Counted from the stretch's first letter, positions 42,137 through 52,665 are shown. The stretch is 64,000 nt of DNA from Candidatus Pampinifervens sinense (GCA_037927135.1 JAXSPP010000001.1:224001-288000); one strand, 5' to 3'. Program-made: numbers and translations. The notes: generated by a model from the letters alone, not told the origin.

Positions 42137-42790
42137 CTATTTTAAACCCTTTCTTACCCTTTGAAGTATGTTGTGGGCAAGCCTTGTAGGCTCTGGTATT
42201 CGGTAAATACAGGTCTTTAAAACAAGGTCCATGGCAGTTTTTAGGCTTATAAGATGGCCAACGGAAACATAAATTGGGTCCGCCCCATCCTTTGTTCTGA
42301 GGGCCGCGCCCACTATATGGCCCCTGTAAGTCAAATAGGAGTAGCTTCCCCTTTTTTCTCCAAGGTTTTTGTAGTAGCCAAAGAGCCTTGTCTTTGCCAC
42401 ACCCACGCTTACGCTGTTTGTCTCCACGCCAAAATGGGAGGCTATGCCACAGCCCCTCGGATGGGCCACACCCTGACCGTCTATAAAAAAGACATGGGGC
42501 CTTACCTCCGCCTCTTGGTAGAGTTTTAGCATAAGAGGAAGCTCTCTGAAGGCCAAAAAAGTAGGTATGTAGGGAAAGTCCACCACACCTTCCACCACTT
42601 TATAATAGACAAGCCTCAGGTCTGAGAGCCTCACCACCGCAAGGCATGCCCAGGCACGTGTAGGGTTCTCTTCTATCCTTTCAAAGGTGAGGTCAATGCC
42701 CCCTATTAGCTCCACCTTTTCAAACCTGTCCTCTTGTATCACCCTCTTTGCACAATCAAGCTGTATGCTCTTTAGCCTCTCAAGGTCCAT
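42137..42790 (-). CDS. nfi: Endonuclease V
   Basis: [46 protein letters not shown]. Confidence 0.95.
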   Translation of the reverse strand: MDLERLKSIQLDCAKRVIQEDRFEKVELIGGIDLTFERIEENPTRAWACLAVVRLSDLRLVYYKVVEGVVDFPYIPTFLAFRELPLMLKLYQEAEVRPHVFFIDGQGVAHPRGCGIASHFGVETNSVSVGVAKTRLFGYYKNLGEKRGSYSYLTYRGHIVGAALRTKDGADPIYVSVGHLISLKTAMDLVLKTCIYRIPEPTRLAHNILQRVRKGLK

Positions 42791-42813
42791 GGGTTTATAA
42801 TTTTAGTTTAATA

Positions 42814-45600
42814 ATGTACAACTTTCCCCCCCAATGGTGGGCCAAGGCGGAAGAAAAGGTTTTCAACCTACCAAAGGCAAAGGAGGCCTTAGAGAAGCTC
42901 CTCAGCCTTCATCCAAACCCGCAGAGCCTTATAAACTATCTTAACGAGAGGAGGTTTATACTTCTCCTTGAACTCCTTGACAGGTCCGAGTGCATAAAGA
43001 AGTTCCTTATAAACCACCCGGAGGACTTTCAAAATACCATACCGGGCCTTTGGTATGTCTTCAAGGACAAAAAGGCTTACTTAAAGGAACTAAAAGAGCT
43101 TGTGCATGATGGCATGTCCGATGAAGATTTTTCAAAGACCTTGGCCTACTACAGGCACAGGGAGCTTATGAGGATAATGTCAAAGGAGATCCTTGGCACC
43201 GCCAAGCTTGAAGACATCCTTTATGAATACTCCCAGCTTCCCGATGCCATGCTGGAGCTGTGTTATGAGAGGGCCTATAAGGAAATGGTGGAAAAATATG
43301 GAGAGCCTGTAGGTGAGAACGGAAAACCAGCCACAGGATGCATAATAGCACTTGGAAAGCTTGGAAGCTATGAGCTAAACTACTACTCAGACATAGACAT
43401 AATGTTTTTGCACTCTACAGACAAGGGCCAGGCTGGCAAGCTAAACCTAAACGAGTTCTTTTCAAAGGTCTTTCAAAAGGTTTTCAAGCTCATGACTCAG
43501 GTAACACCAGAGGGAAAGCCCTATGAGGTGGACTTGGATCTTAGGCCCTTTGGAAAGTCTGGCCCAATAAGCATGTCTTTGAGGAGCGCAGAGCTCTATT
43601 ATGAATCTTATGGTAGGACTTGGGAGAGGTTTGCCCTTTTGAGGGCAAGATACTGCGCAGGAGATGAGGAGCTATATAGGGCCTTTGAGAGGGAGGTGAA
43701 AGAGCCCTTTGTCTTCAGAAGATCCATAGACTACAGGATCATTGAAGAGATAAGGCTTATGAAGGCTCAGATAGCCAGCGAGGCAAAGAAAAAGCTATTA
43801 AACAAGGAAAATGTAAAAACGGGTGAAGGCGGTATAAGAGAAGTGGAGTTTGCCGTTCAGGCCCTTGTTATACTTCTTGGTGGAAAGTTCCCCTTTTTAA
43901 AAGAGAGCAACACCTTTAGGGCCATATGGAAGCTAAACCAAAAGGGTATCTTCTCCAACGAGGAAGCCCTTTTATTGGAGAGAGCCTATGAATTTCTAAG
44001 ACGCTTGGAGCATGCCATTCAGGTCTATGGATGTATCCCCACACAGAGCTTCTCAGACTCAGAAGTAAAAAGACTTGCAAAGGTCTTAAACATGAAGGAG
44101 GAGGAGTTTATAAAGGCATACAAAGAATACACAAAGGGTGTAAGCCTTATCTTCTCTGGCATAATGCCCTCCCAAGAGGAGGAAGAGCTACATCCCATTC
44201 AAAGGGCCCTCCTCAATGAAGACGTAGAAGAGGCAAAAGAAATCCTAAAAAGCCTTGGCTTTAAAGAGCCAGTGAGAGCCTATAACATACTTTCTAGCTA
44301 TATAACAGGAAGGGAAGGTATAAAGCTTTCTACGCAAGAAAAGCAAAGCTTTATAAAGCTACTTCCAAGGCTTGTAGAGAGCATGTCCCAGACATCAGAC
44401 CCAGATGAAACCCTCGCCAACTTTGACAAGTTCTTCTCAAACCCTACAGGCAGAAAGATAGTCTTAAGCCCGGCAAAGGAGGATGTAAACAAGACCCTCT
44501 GTAGGATCTTTTCCCTCTCTTCTTACATCTCCACCCTCATAAGCAGGTATCCGGACCTTGTGGAAGATGTGCTAACCCTGTATCAGGACTTTCCAACCTT
44601 GGAAGACCTTAAAGAAGAGTTTGAAAAGTACAGAAGCACCCTCGGCCTTAGCCTGGAGGACCTATACAGAAGGTTCAAAAGGGTTTGGGAGATAAGGATA
44701 ACACTCGTTTACCTTATGAAGAAGGATGAAAGGTATAAAAAGCTCTTTGAATTCTTCCAAAAGCTCTCCGAGCTTTCCGACTTTCTCCTTCAAAGGCTGT
44801 GGGAGGACCTCAAGATAAAAGACATGCTTCTTATAGCCTTGGGCAAATATGGAAGCAGAGAGCTAAACATAGGATCAGACCTTGACCTTGTCTTTGCATG
44901 CAGGTCAGCAAGCGTAGAAAACACAAAGAAGGCCCAAGAGTTTATAGCCTTTTTGACCAAGCACACCTCAGAGGGCTACCTATACAAGGTAGACTTTAGG
45001 CTCAGGCCCATGGGAAGGGCTGGAGAGATAGCACCTTCCATAGACTTTTACAGAGATTATTTCCAGGCTCAGGCAAGGACTTGGGAAAGGATAGCTTGGA
45101 CAAGGTGTAGGTATGTGGCCGGTGAAGAGAGTCTTATAGAAGAGTTTGAAAGGCTATTAGAAGACTTTCTTTTTAACAAGCCCATTGGTCCTAAAGAGAG
45201 GAAAGAGATAAGGGATATGAGGCTTGCCCTTGAGGGCAACGCCAAAAGGGTAAAAGGATACATTGACCTTAAATTTTCACCGGGAGGGCTAATAGATGCG
45301 GAGTTTCTCATTCAATACTATATCCTACTGGAAAGGCTAGGAGAACCTTCCATGATCAAGGCCTGTGAAGCCCTTATGCAAAAATATAGCACACTAAAAG
45401 AGGTTTATGAAAACTACCTATTTTTGAGGCTTGTGGAGACAAGGCTTAGGCTTTCTAAGGAGTCTGCTGGGTCCTTGATCTCTCCCCAAGATATGAAAAG
45501 GCTTGCAAGCTCTTTGGGTATGCAAAAAGAGGAGTTAGAAGAAAGGATAAAGGAGAGCATGAAAAGGTTAAGGGAGGTGTTCCTTGAGGTTTTTGATTAA
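42814..45600 (+). CDS. glnE: Glutamine synthetase adenylyltransferase
   Basis: Two NTase repeats: LGKLGSYELNYYSDID/VDLDLRP and LGKYGSRELNIGSDLD/VDFRLRP. Confidence 0.93.
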   Translation: MYNFPPQWWAKAEEKVFNLPKAKEALEKLLSLHPNPQSLINYLNERRFILLLELLDRSECIKKFLINHPEDFQNTIPGLWYVFKDKKAYLKELKELVHDGMSDEDFSKTLAYYRHRELMRIMSKEILGTAKLEDILYEYSQLPDAMLELCYERAYKEMVEKYGEPVGENGKPATGCIIALGKLGSYELNYYSDIDIMFLHSTDKGQAGKLNLNEFFSKVFQKVFKLMTQVTPEGKPYEVDLDLRPFGKSGPISMSLRSAELYYESYGRTWERFALLRARYCAGDEELYRAFEREVKEPFVFRRSIDYRIIEEIRLMKAQIASEAKKKLLNKENVKTGEGGIREVEFAVQALVILLGGKFPFLKESNTFRAIWKLNQKGIFSNEEALLLERAYEFLRRLEHAIQVYGCIPTQSFSDSEVKRLAKVLNMKEEEFIKAYKEYTKGVSLIFSGIMPSQEEEELHPIQRALLNEDVEEAKEILKSLGFKEPVRAYNILSSYITGREGIKLSTQEKQSFIKLLPRLVESMSQTSDPDETLANFDKFFSNPTGRKIVLSPAKEDVNKTLCRIFSLSSYISTLISRYPDLVEDVLTLYQDFPTLEDLKEEFEKYRSTLGLSLEDLYRRFKRVWEIRITLVYLMKKDERYKKLFEFFQKLSELSDFLLQRLWEDLKIKDMLLIALGKYGSRELNIGSDLDLVFACRSASVENTKKAQEFIAFLTKHTSEGYLYKVDFRLRPMGRAGEIAPSIDFYRDYFQAQARTWERIAWTRCRYVAGEESLIEEFERLLEDFLFNKPIGPKERKEIRDMRLALEGNAKRVKGYIDLKFSPGGLIDAEFLIQYYILLERLGEPSMIKACEALMQKYSTLKEVYENYLFLRLVETRLRLSKESAGSLISPQDMKRLASSLGMQKEELEERIKESMKRLREVFLEVFD

Positions 45601-47000
45601 AGCTCCAAAGCCCTTAAAATCCTCTTAATCACCCTCTCCTTTGGCAAGACATCACAGAGTATATCCACACCCACGCCTTCCAGCTCTCCCGTAAGGGAAG
45701 CCCTCAAAGCATGCCACACATCCTTAGCCTTAACATTTAACTCCCTTTGTATCTCTTTGGCTATGGCCTTTACCCTTTCTGCACTCAGGTCTGTGTCTTG
45801 TATCTTTTGTAGAAAGGCCTCAAGCACAGCCCTTGAGGTCTCATTCTCAAGCACGGACAAGGCTTCCTCCGAGTATTTTACCTCTTCCACAAAGAAGGGC
45901 TTTAGCCTTTCCACACCTTCCCTCAAGGTTTCAAAAGAGTCCCTTGTCCTTTCAAGCACCCTCTTTACATAGTCCCTTTCCGCTTTATAGCCAGCCTCCT
46001 CAAGGAAGGGCATGAACTCATCCACAAGCCTATCAAGGGAAAGTACCTCCCTTATATAAACACCGTTCATCCATCTTAGCTTCTCCTTGCTAAAGACTGC
46101 CGGTGAAGAGTTCACATCCTCAAGCCTAAAAATCCTTATCAGCTCCTCCTTTGAAAAGATCTCCCTTCCTTCTTCTGGAGGGCTCCATCCCAAAAGACAA
46201 AGGTAGTTAAACAAAGCCTCTGGAAGGTAGCCCTCTTCTCTGTAGTTTCTCACAGAGACAGCACCATGCCTTTTGGAGAGCTTGCTCCTGTCCTCTCCAA
46301 GTATTACAGGAAGATGGGCAAAGGCAGGCACCTTAAAGCCAAGGGCTTCGTATATGAGTATCTGCTTTGGCGTGTTCGGTATGTGGTCCTCACCCCTTAT
46401 CACATGGGTCACACCCATCAAAGCATCATCTACTACCACCGCAAAGTTGTATGTAGGCGTCCCATCGCTACGCACTATTACAAAGTCCCCAAATTCATCC
46501 ACGCTTATGGCTATGTGTCCTTTTATTAGGTCCTCAAAGACCACCACCCTGCCATCGGGCACCCTAAACCTTATAGTGTATGGCCTCCCAGACCTTATCA
46601 GCTCCTCCACCTCCTCCTTGCTCAAGGCCCTACACTTACCTGAATATCTATAAGGAACGCCTTTTTCTTCCGCTCTTTTCCTTTCTTCTTCCAGCTCCTC
46701 TACCGTGCAAAAGCATGGGTAGGCATGTCCGCTTTCCAAGAGCCTTTGGGCATATTCCCTGTATATATCAAACCTCTCCGACTGGCGATAAAGCTCGTCC
46801 CACTCAAGACCAAGCCATTTTAGGTCCTCAAGGAGCATCTCCTCAAACTCCTTTGTAGAACGCTCTTTGTCCGTGTCTTCTATCCTGAGGATGAACTTTC
46901 CGCCCATGTGTCTTGCAAAGAGGTAGCTGAAGATGGCCGTTCTGGCATTGCCAAGGTGCAGATAGCCCGTTGGACTTGGAGCAAAGCGTGAAACTACCAT
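45597..47000 (-). CDS. gltX: Glutamate-tRNA ligase
   Basis: RFAPSPTGYLHLGN, RIEDTD, IRGEDH, KLSKRHG. Confidence 0.96.
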   Translation of the reverse strand: MVVSRFAPSPTGYLHLGNARTAIFSYLFARHMGGKFILRIEDTDKERSTKEFEEMLLEDLKWLGLEWDELYRQSERFDIYREYAQRLLESGHAYPCFCTVEELEEERKRAEEKGVPYRYSGKCRALSKEEVEELIRSGRPYTIRFRVPDGRVVVFEDLIKGHIAISVDEFGDFVIVRSDGTPTYNFAVVVDDALMGVTHVIRGEDHIPNTPKQILIYEALGFKVPAFAHLPVILGEDRSKLSKRHGAVSVRNYREEGYLPEALFNYLCLLGWSPPEEGREIFSKEELIRIFRLEDVNSSPAVFSKEKLRWMNGVYIREVLSLDRLVDEFMPFLEEAGYKAERDYVKRVLERTRDSFETLREGVERLKPFFVEEVKYSEEALSVLENETSRAVLEAFLQKIQDTDLSAERVKAIAKEIQRELNVKAKDVWHALRASLTGELEGVGVDILCDVLPKERVIKRILRALEL

Positions 47001-47037
47001 GACTGAATATTATAAAGGTTTGTTATAATCTTTAAGC

Positions 47038-47955
47038 ATGGAGTACGCCTTCTTTGAAGGAAAGTTTGTTCCAATAGAAGAGGCAAAGATCCACATAAAG
47101 ACCAATTCTTTCCATTATGGGACTGCTGTCTTTGAAGGCATAAGGGCCTATTGGAACGAGGAGCAAAAACAGCTATATATCCTCTTTGCCAAAGAGCATT
47201 ATCAAAGGCTTCTGAAAAACTGCAAGGCCATGTTTATGGAACTTCCTTACACTGTGGAGGACCTGGTGAACATAACGGTGGAGCTTTTAAGAAGAAATCA
47301 AGTAAAAGAAGATGTTTACATAAGGCCCATAGTTTATTTTAAAGACCTAAAGCTCACACCCAAGCTCATTGATTACACACCGGAGATAGCCATATATACT
47401 TATAACTTTGGCAGGTATTTGGATACCTCCAAGGGCATAAGGGTTAAGGTCTCCTCCTGGAGAAGGAACGACGATAACTCCATTCCCTCAAGATGGAAGG
47501 TGGCAGGAGCCTATGTGAACAGCGCCTTGGCAAAAACGGAGGCCATACTCTCCGGCTACGATGAGGCCATTATGCTAAATCAACACGGCTTTGTGGCCGA
47601 AGGCTCTGGGGAGAACATATTCCTCATAAGGGACGGCAAGGCCATAACACCCTCCTATTCTGAGCACATACTGGAAGGCATCACAAGGGCTGCGGTTAAA
47701 AAGCTTTTAAAGAACGAGCTTGTAATAGAGGTAGAGGAGAGGCCTGTGGCCCGTAGCGAGCTTTACGTGGCCGATGAGATATTTATGACGGGTACTGCGG
47801 CTGAGATAACACCTGTGGTAGAAGTGGACAATAGAAAGATAGGAAAGGGTGAGGTGGGGCCTATAACAAAAGAGCTCCAAGAGATATACTTCCGTGCGGT
47901 GAGGGGCATGATAGACAGGTACATGGGATGGCTTACACCCGTTTATGAAAAGTGA
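47038..47955 (+). CDS. ilvE: Branched-chain amino acid aminotransferase
   Basis: HYGTAVFEGIRAY, K..GAYVNS, EGSGENIF, LEGITR, TGTAAEITPV. Confidence 0.95.
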   Translation: MEYAFFEGKFVPIEEAKIHIKTNSFHYGTAVFEGIRAYWNEEQKQLYILFAKEHYQRLLKNCKAMFMELPYTVEDLVNITVELLRRNQVKEDVYIRPIVYFKDLKLTPKLIDYTPEIAIYTYNFGRYLDTSKGIRVKVSSWRRNDDNSIPSRWKVAGAYVNSALAKTEAILSGYDEAIMLNQHGFVAEGSGENIFLIRDGKAITPSYSEHILEGITRAAVKKLLKNELVIEVEERPVARSELYVADEIFMTGTAAEITPVVEVDNRKIGKGEVGPITKELQEIYFRAVRGMIDRYMGWLTPVYEK

Positions 47956-49027
47956 AAGGTTGGACCTTTTTCAAGAGATAGTTTATCAAGTGGCATGTCT
48001 CAATAGGTTGGTTGGAACAGATGGACACAGAAGAGTTCATAAGCTTATAGAATCCTTCTTTGAATACCTCTCCATACCTTATGTGAAGGAAGTTTTCCAT
48101 TTTAGCAAGTTTATACCTAAGGAGGCTTGGATAGAAGTGGAGGGCAAAAGGATAGAAGCTGTAGCCTTTCTGGGAAGTAAGGGAATAGAGGTGGAAGCAT
48201 ATGTGAAAAGGGATTATCTAGAGGGTGATATAGCTCTTATTCCAAATGTCACTAGAGAAAAGGCCATTGAGGCCCAAAGGAGGGGGGCCCTCGCCATAAT
48301 AACTTACATGGATAAGATGGCCGACGGTTACCTGTATGGAGAATACATGGGCCTTGACTTACCTATAGTAAGCCTGCAAAGGGATCATGTAAACAAGGTG
48401 GAAGATTACAAGGTGAAGCTTTGTGTGAAGTCTAAGGAAGAGAGGCTAAGGGGGCAAAACTGGTTGCTGGAGTTGGGGAAGGGTCCTGTCATATACCTTG
48501 TGGCCCATATGGATACGGTGCACAGGGTCTACGGTGCCATATCAAACGCCGTAAGCTTTCTCCTGCTTATCTTTCTCTACGATGAGCTGAGGGAAGGCTA
48601 CCGCACTCCTTACAGGCTTAGATTTCTAATAAGCGATGGAAGAGAGTTAGGCTTGGAAGGAGTAAGGTTTCATCTGAAAAGGGAACCAAAGCATGTTTTT
48701 TACTGCATAAACCTTGAGGGGTTAGGCTGGCATAATCCCTGCGTCATATACGAAGATTCAGCGGGCTACAACGGAGAGAGGATCAACGAGCTTTTTTATA
48801 AACACGTAAACGAGCTAAAGGTGCTTATAGAGTTTAAAAAGGCCAAAGAGAGGGATGGAGACCATGTGCCCTTTAAAGAGAGGGGAATTCAGGCACTTTT
48901 CCTTAGTTCCTATCCCTTTACCTTGAGGCATACCATGTATGACAACTACGATGCCATAAGTTGGGACAAAGTTCTCATGTGGTATGAGGTTATACTATCT
49001 TTTCTTAGGAGGTTTCACAGACTATGA
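47945..49027 (+). CDS. M28-family peptidase homologue with PA domain (degenerate active site)
   Basis: AHMD, GAISNAVS, GRELG, NLEGLG, GDHVPF, HTMYD. Confidence 0.75.
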   Translation: MKSERLDLFQEIVYQVACLNRLVGTDGHRRVHKLIESFFEYLSIPYVKEVFHFSKFIPKEAWIEVEGKRIEAVAFLGSKGIEVEAYVKRDYLEGDIALIPNVTREKAIEAQRRGALAIITYMDKMADGYLYGEYMGLDLPIVSLQRDHVNKVEDYKVKLCVKSKEERLRGQNWLLELGKGPVIYLVAHMDTVHRVYGAISNAVSFLLLIFLYDELREGYRTPYRLRFLISDGRELGLEGVRFHLKREPKHVFYCINLEGLGWHNPCVIYEDSAGYNGERINELFYKHVNELKVLIEFKKAKERDGDHVPFKERGIQALFLSSYPFTLRHTMYDNYDAISWDKVLMWYEVILSFLRRFHRL

Positions 49028-49632
49028 GAAGTATAGTTTTGCTTTTGCTTTTAATATTCTCCCTATCCTTCTCCCAGTCCTTTGAAGAGCTCCAAAAGAG
49101 GTTGGAAAGTATAAGGACTGTAAAGGTGGTCTTTATACAAAAGGTTCAGTATCCATGGCAGAATAACCCGGAGGTTTCAAAGGGCATATTCTATGCCCAA
49201 AGGGGAGGAAAGTTTAGGATAGAGTATGAGCACCCAAACAGAACGCTTATAGTTTCCGATGGCAGGAGGGTGCTTGTGTATTCTCCCAAGGACAAAACGG
49301 CCTTTATTGAAAGCGTAGATAAAAACAGGTCTCCTGTAGTTGAAGCCCTCTTTCTCGTATCAAGGCCCATAGGAGAGGTCTTTCAGCTGGTGGGTGAGGT
49401 AGAAAGGCCTGAAGGTAAGATATTTATCCTAAAGCCTAAGGTAAAGGATGAGTATTTTTCCAGAGTCTTTCTAGAGGTTTCCATCAGGGGAGAAATAAAG
49501 AGTATAAGGGTTGAGGAGAAGGAGGGTATAAGCACCACGGTAGAGTTCATAAAGGTGTCCTATAACTTTTTACCTTCGGAGGACCTTTTTAGTCTAAGGG
49601 TTCCTGAAGGGGTTAAGCTTCTTAAACCATGA
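49024..49632 (+). CDS. lolA: Outer-membrane lipoprotein chaperone LolA
   Basis: Signal peptide; F.Q...G.FY.QRGGKFRIEY..P...IVSDG; C-terminal F...VPEGV. Confidence 0.85.
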   Translation: MRSIVLLLLLIFSLSFSQSFEELQKRLESIRTVKVVFIQKVQYPWQNNPEVSKGIFYAQRGGKFRIEYEHPNRTLIVSDGRRVLVYSPKDKTAFIESVDKNRSPVVEALFLVSRPIGEVFQLVGEVERPEGKIFILKPKVKDEYFSRVFLEVSIRGEIKSIRVEEKEGISTTVEFIKVSYNFLPSEDLFSLRVPEGVKLLKP

Positions 49633-50090
49633 GGATACGCAGGGCAGAAAACGGAGATATAAAAGAGCTCATTGACGTTTATTTACAAGGCTATAAAGGG
49701 CTGGAAGAATACTCCTATACACATCCCGAGGATGTGCAGGCCTATTTAAACTGGCTTTTCAGAAGGGATGTGGCGGGCATATGGGTGGCAGAGGATGAGG
49801 ATGGTAAAATAGTGGGTTTTGTGGCAAGCGATGGAAACTGGTTTAGCAAAAGGGAAGGAAAGGTGGTGGGAGCTTTACATGAGCTTGTGGTCCTTCCAGA
49901 ATATAGGAACAAGGGTATAGGTAGGGCCCTTATAGAAAAGGCCTTGGAGTATTTTAAAAGCAGGGGGCTTGACACAGCGGAGCTTTGGGTAGGGGATCAA
50001 AACACACAGGCCATTGAGTTCTATAAAAAGCTAGGCTTTGAGGAAAAGGATAGGTTCAACTATTGGATAAGAATGACCAAGTCCCTATAA
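49629..50090 (+). CDS. GNAT family N-acetyltransferase
   Basis: VLPEYRNKGIGRAL, N..AIEFYKKLGF. Confidence 0.9.
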   Translation: MRIRRAENGDIKELIDVYLQGYKGLEEYSYTHPEDVQAYLNWLFRRDVAGIWVAEDEDGKIVGFVASDGNWFSKREGKVVGALHELVVLPEYRNKGIGRALIEKALEYFKSRGLDTAELWVGDQNTQAIEFYKKLGFEEKDRFNYWIRMTKSL

Positions 50091-50864
50091 GAAGAATACC
50101 TTTACCATACTCTTTGCCTTTTCTTTATACCTTCTGTAAATATCCCTTGCAAGGGCCAAGCTTTCCAAAGAGGAGCCTTTGGGTAGGCCTTTATCCCTTA
50201 GCCACTCTAAAAACCTAGCCCTTGCAAGAACGCTGGCCGTAGCCACCGCCACATTCTCTTCCCCTTTGTGTTCAAAGACCACTCCCTTACCAAAGGGGCT
50301 TCTCTTTGAATAGGCATCCACAAAAACCTCGGCAGTAGGATAAGCCTTTTTAATCTCCCTTAATATCTCAAGGTAAAGTCTGTCAAGTATCCTATTTAGG
50401 TTCTTTATCTCTTCATACATCTGGTTTAGCTCAACTGGTTCAACCACCCTGCATATGAACTCCCCAAAGCTTTCAAAAGCCTTAGCCTTTTTTATTACCT
50501 CCTCATCTCTCATCTTCTTACAGTCCCTTAGGTTTAGCTCAAGGACCCTTTTGTAATACTCTGGCCTTATGATGGCACAGCATAGCACAAGGGGGCCAAA
50601 AACGTCCCCCTTACCCGACTCATCACAGCCCACAAGTATTTTCTCGCTTGGAGTAAGAAGGGACAGTATAAACTCCCTCAGCTCCTGCGTTCCTTTTCCC
50701 TGCAAAAGAAGTGTGCCAGAAGGATAAAAGTGTATGTAAGTTTGTCCGTTGCTCAAAGACCAAAGGGTATTGGGAGAACTTATCTCGTAAAAGCCTCTGT
50801 TTAAAAGCTCTACTTTTAATCTATCTGAGTCTTCCTTGGGAACTTTAACCGTTAGATTTGTCAT
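50085..50864 (-). CDS. rnhC: Ribonuclease HIII
   Basis: N-terminal TBP-like YPSGTLLLQG; GCDESGKGDVFGPL; DCKK; VATASVLAR. Confidence 0.92.
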   Translation of the reverse strand: MTNLTVKVPKEDSDRLKVELLNRGFYEISSPNTLWSLSNGQTYIHFYPSGTLLLQGKGTQELREFILSLLTPSEKILVGCDESGKGDVFGPLVLCCAIIRPEYYKRVLELNLRDCKKMRDEEVIKKAKAFESFGEFICRVVEPVELNQMYEEIKNLNRILDRLYLEILREIKKAYPTAEVFVDAYSKRSPFGKGVVFEHKGEENVAVATASVLARARFLEWLRDKGLPKGSSLESLALARDIYRRYKEKAKSMVKVFFL

Positions 50865-50882
50865 GCTATACTATAATTTATA

Positions 50883-50969
50883 GCGGGTGTGGCGGAACTG
50901 GCAGACGCGCTGGACTCAGGATCCAGTGGGCTTACGCCCGTGAGGGTTCAACTCCCTCCACCCGCACCA
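50883..50969 (+). tRNA. tRNA-Leu (CAG), CCA encoded
   Basis: GCGGGTG/CACCCGC acceptor, CTGGA-CTCAGGA-TCCAG anticodon arm, long variable arm, ACCA end. Confidence 0.97.
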
Positions 50970-50976
50970 TAAAGCC

Positions 50977-51777
50977 ATGAAAGTGCTCATCTTTGGAGAC
51001 ATCATAGGAAAGCCAGGTAGAAAGGCCCTAAGGTATTTTCTTGCGGGCTACAGGGACCTTGTGGATGTGGTGCTTGTAAACGTGGAAAACTCTGCTGGAG
51101 GCTTTGGTATAACCAAAAAGGTCTATGAAGAACTCCTCCATATGGGTGTGGACGTGATGACCTCGGGAAACCACATATGGGACAAAAAGGAGGTCTATGA
51201 GTTTATAGATCAGTGTGATAACCTTTTGAGGCCAGCCAACTACCCGCCGGGAGTTCCAGGAAGAGGCTACGGCATATACGAGAAGAAAGGCATAAGGTTT
51301 GCCGTTATAAACCTTATGGGAAGGTCCCTTCTGGATTCAAACCTTGAAAACCCCTTTTTACTCTTTGACAGACTATATGAAGAGCTCTACAAAGAAACCC
51401 CAATAATCTTGGTGGACTTTCATGCGGAGACCACCTCAGAGAAGTGGGCCTTTGGCATATATGCGGACGGAAGGGCAAGCGTAGTCTATGGCACCCACAC
51501 CCATGTGCCTACAGCGGACCAGATAATTCTTAAGAAAGGCACGGCCTATGTGAGCGATGTGGGCATGACGGGATGCTGGTATTCCGTTATAGGCATGAAG
51601 TCAGAGCAAGCCATAGGGAGGTTTACAAAGGGCTTGCCTCAAAAGTATGAAGTGGAAGAAAAGGAGGATTTGGTGGTAAACGCTGTGATTGTAGAAGTTG
51701 ATGAATCAAGCGGAAGGGCAAAAAGTATAGAAAGATTACAGCAATATATAACGAGAGAAGAGCTAAGGGAAGCCTAA
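50977..51777 (+). CDS. YmdB/TIGR00282 metallophosphoesterase
   Basis: GDIIG, NVENSAGGFG, TSGNH, DFHAETTSEK, GTHTHV, DVGMTG. Confidence 0.93.
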   Translation: MKVLIFGDIIGKPGRKALRYFLAGYRDLVDVVLVNVENSAGGFGITKKVYEELLHMGVDVMTSGNHIWDKKEVYEFIDQCDNLLRPANYPPGVPGRGYGIYEKKGIRFAVINLMGRSLLDSNLENPFLLFDRLYEELYKETPIILVDFHAETTSEKWAFGIYADGRASVVYGTHTHVPTADQIILKKGTAYVSDVGMTGCWYSVIGMKSEQAIGRFTKGLPQKYEVEEKEDLVVNAVIVEVDESSGRAKSIERLQQYITREELREA

Positions 51778-51786
51778 ATTTATAGT

Positions 51787-52665
51787 ATGCAGGAAGTTAA
51801 AAAGAGACCCAAGATAAGCCTTATAGTGGAAAGCCTAAGCCAGCTGGAAAAGGCCTATGTGGATCTAAAGAAAAACTTAAGCCTTGGAAAGGAGGAGTTC
51901 ATATCCAACAGGCTAATTCAGGACAAGGTAAGGGTGGATTTTAACCTTGCCTTTGAGAGCTGTATGAGGGTATGCAGGCACCTTTCGGCTGTATACAATG
52001 TGAAGACCACATCAAAGGACTGTCTTCAGAAGATAGGCGAGCTTGTGGGCATAAAAGAGATAGAGGCCCTTGGAGAGCTTACAAGCTTTTATATAAAGCA
52101 TAGGGATCTGAGGGAGAGCCTTCCGGCGGAAGAGCTATATGAATTTTTGAGCAAAAACCTATACCTTTTCAAAGAGTATGCAAGGGCAGTGGTAGAGTTT
52201 GTAAAGAAGGAAACCAACAACCCACTCCTTATAGACTTTGACCTTCTTAACGAAAAGGCTGGAAGGATAAAGGAGTCTCTAAAGAAGATAAACTTTGTGT
52301 TATCTCAGGGAGAGGAGGAGTTTTGCAAAACCCCCATGTATTACGACAGGGTAAAGTATTTTTATCAGGTGGCCTATGATAGCCTTTTTGATATATGCAA
52401 GCACCTGGCGCCCAAGTTTGGCATAAAGAAGTTTGGAGATGATTGTCTTTCAAAGATGGTGGAGGTGGGTGTCATCCCCCAAGAGTACTATATGGATGTT
52501 TTTAAGATGACCAACTTGAAGAACAAGCTTATAAGCACTTGGGAGGTGGAGCCAAGGGAGCTATACAGAAGCCTCTTGGAGCTAAAGGATAAGATAGAGC
52601 CTGTGATGAAGGAGATAGCCAACAGTTTAAGAAGGCTTTTGAAGGAAAAGGCCGGTCAAGGATAA
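51787..52665 (+). CDS. Tandem DUF86/HepT-like HEPN protein lacking RNxxxH motifs
   Basis: Two similar halves (EEF..N/T...D.V...F..A......C.HL...DCL.K..E.G); no intact R-N-x3-H. Confidence 0.7.
   Translation: MQEVKKRPKISLIVESLSQLEKAYVDLKKNLSLGKEEFISNRLIQDKVRVDFNLAFESCMRVCRHLSAVYNVKTTSKDCLQKIGELVGIKEIEALGELTSFYIKHRDLRESLPAEELYEFLSKNLYLFKEYARAVVEFVKKETNNPLLIDFDLLNEKAGRIKESLKKINFVLSQGEEEFCKTPMYYDRVKYFYQVAYDSLFDICKHLAPKFGIKKFGDDCLSKMVEVGVIPQEYYMDVFKMTNLKNKLISTWEVEPRELYRSLLELKDKIEPVMKEIANSLRRLLKEKAGQG

Noticed and set aside
29548-50969. tRNAs as integration sites for an island
   Set aside because: No integrase and no duplicated tRNA 3' end seen; flanking genes are housekeeping
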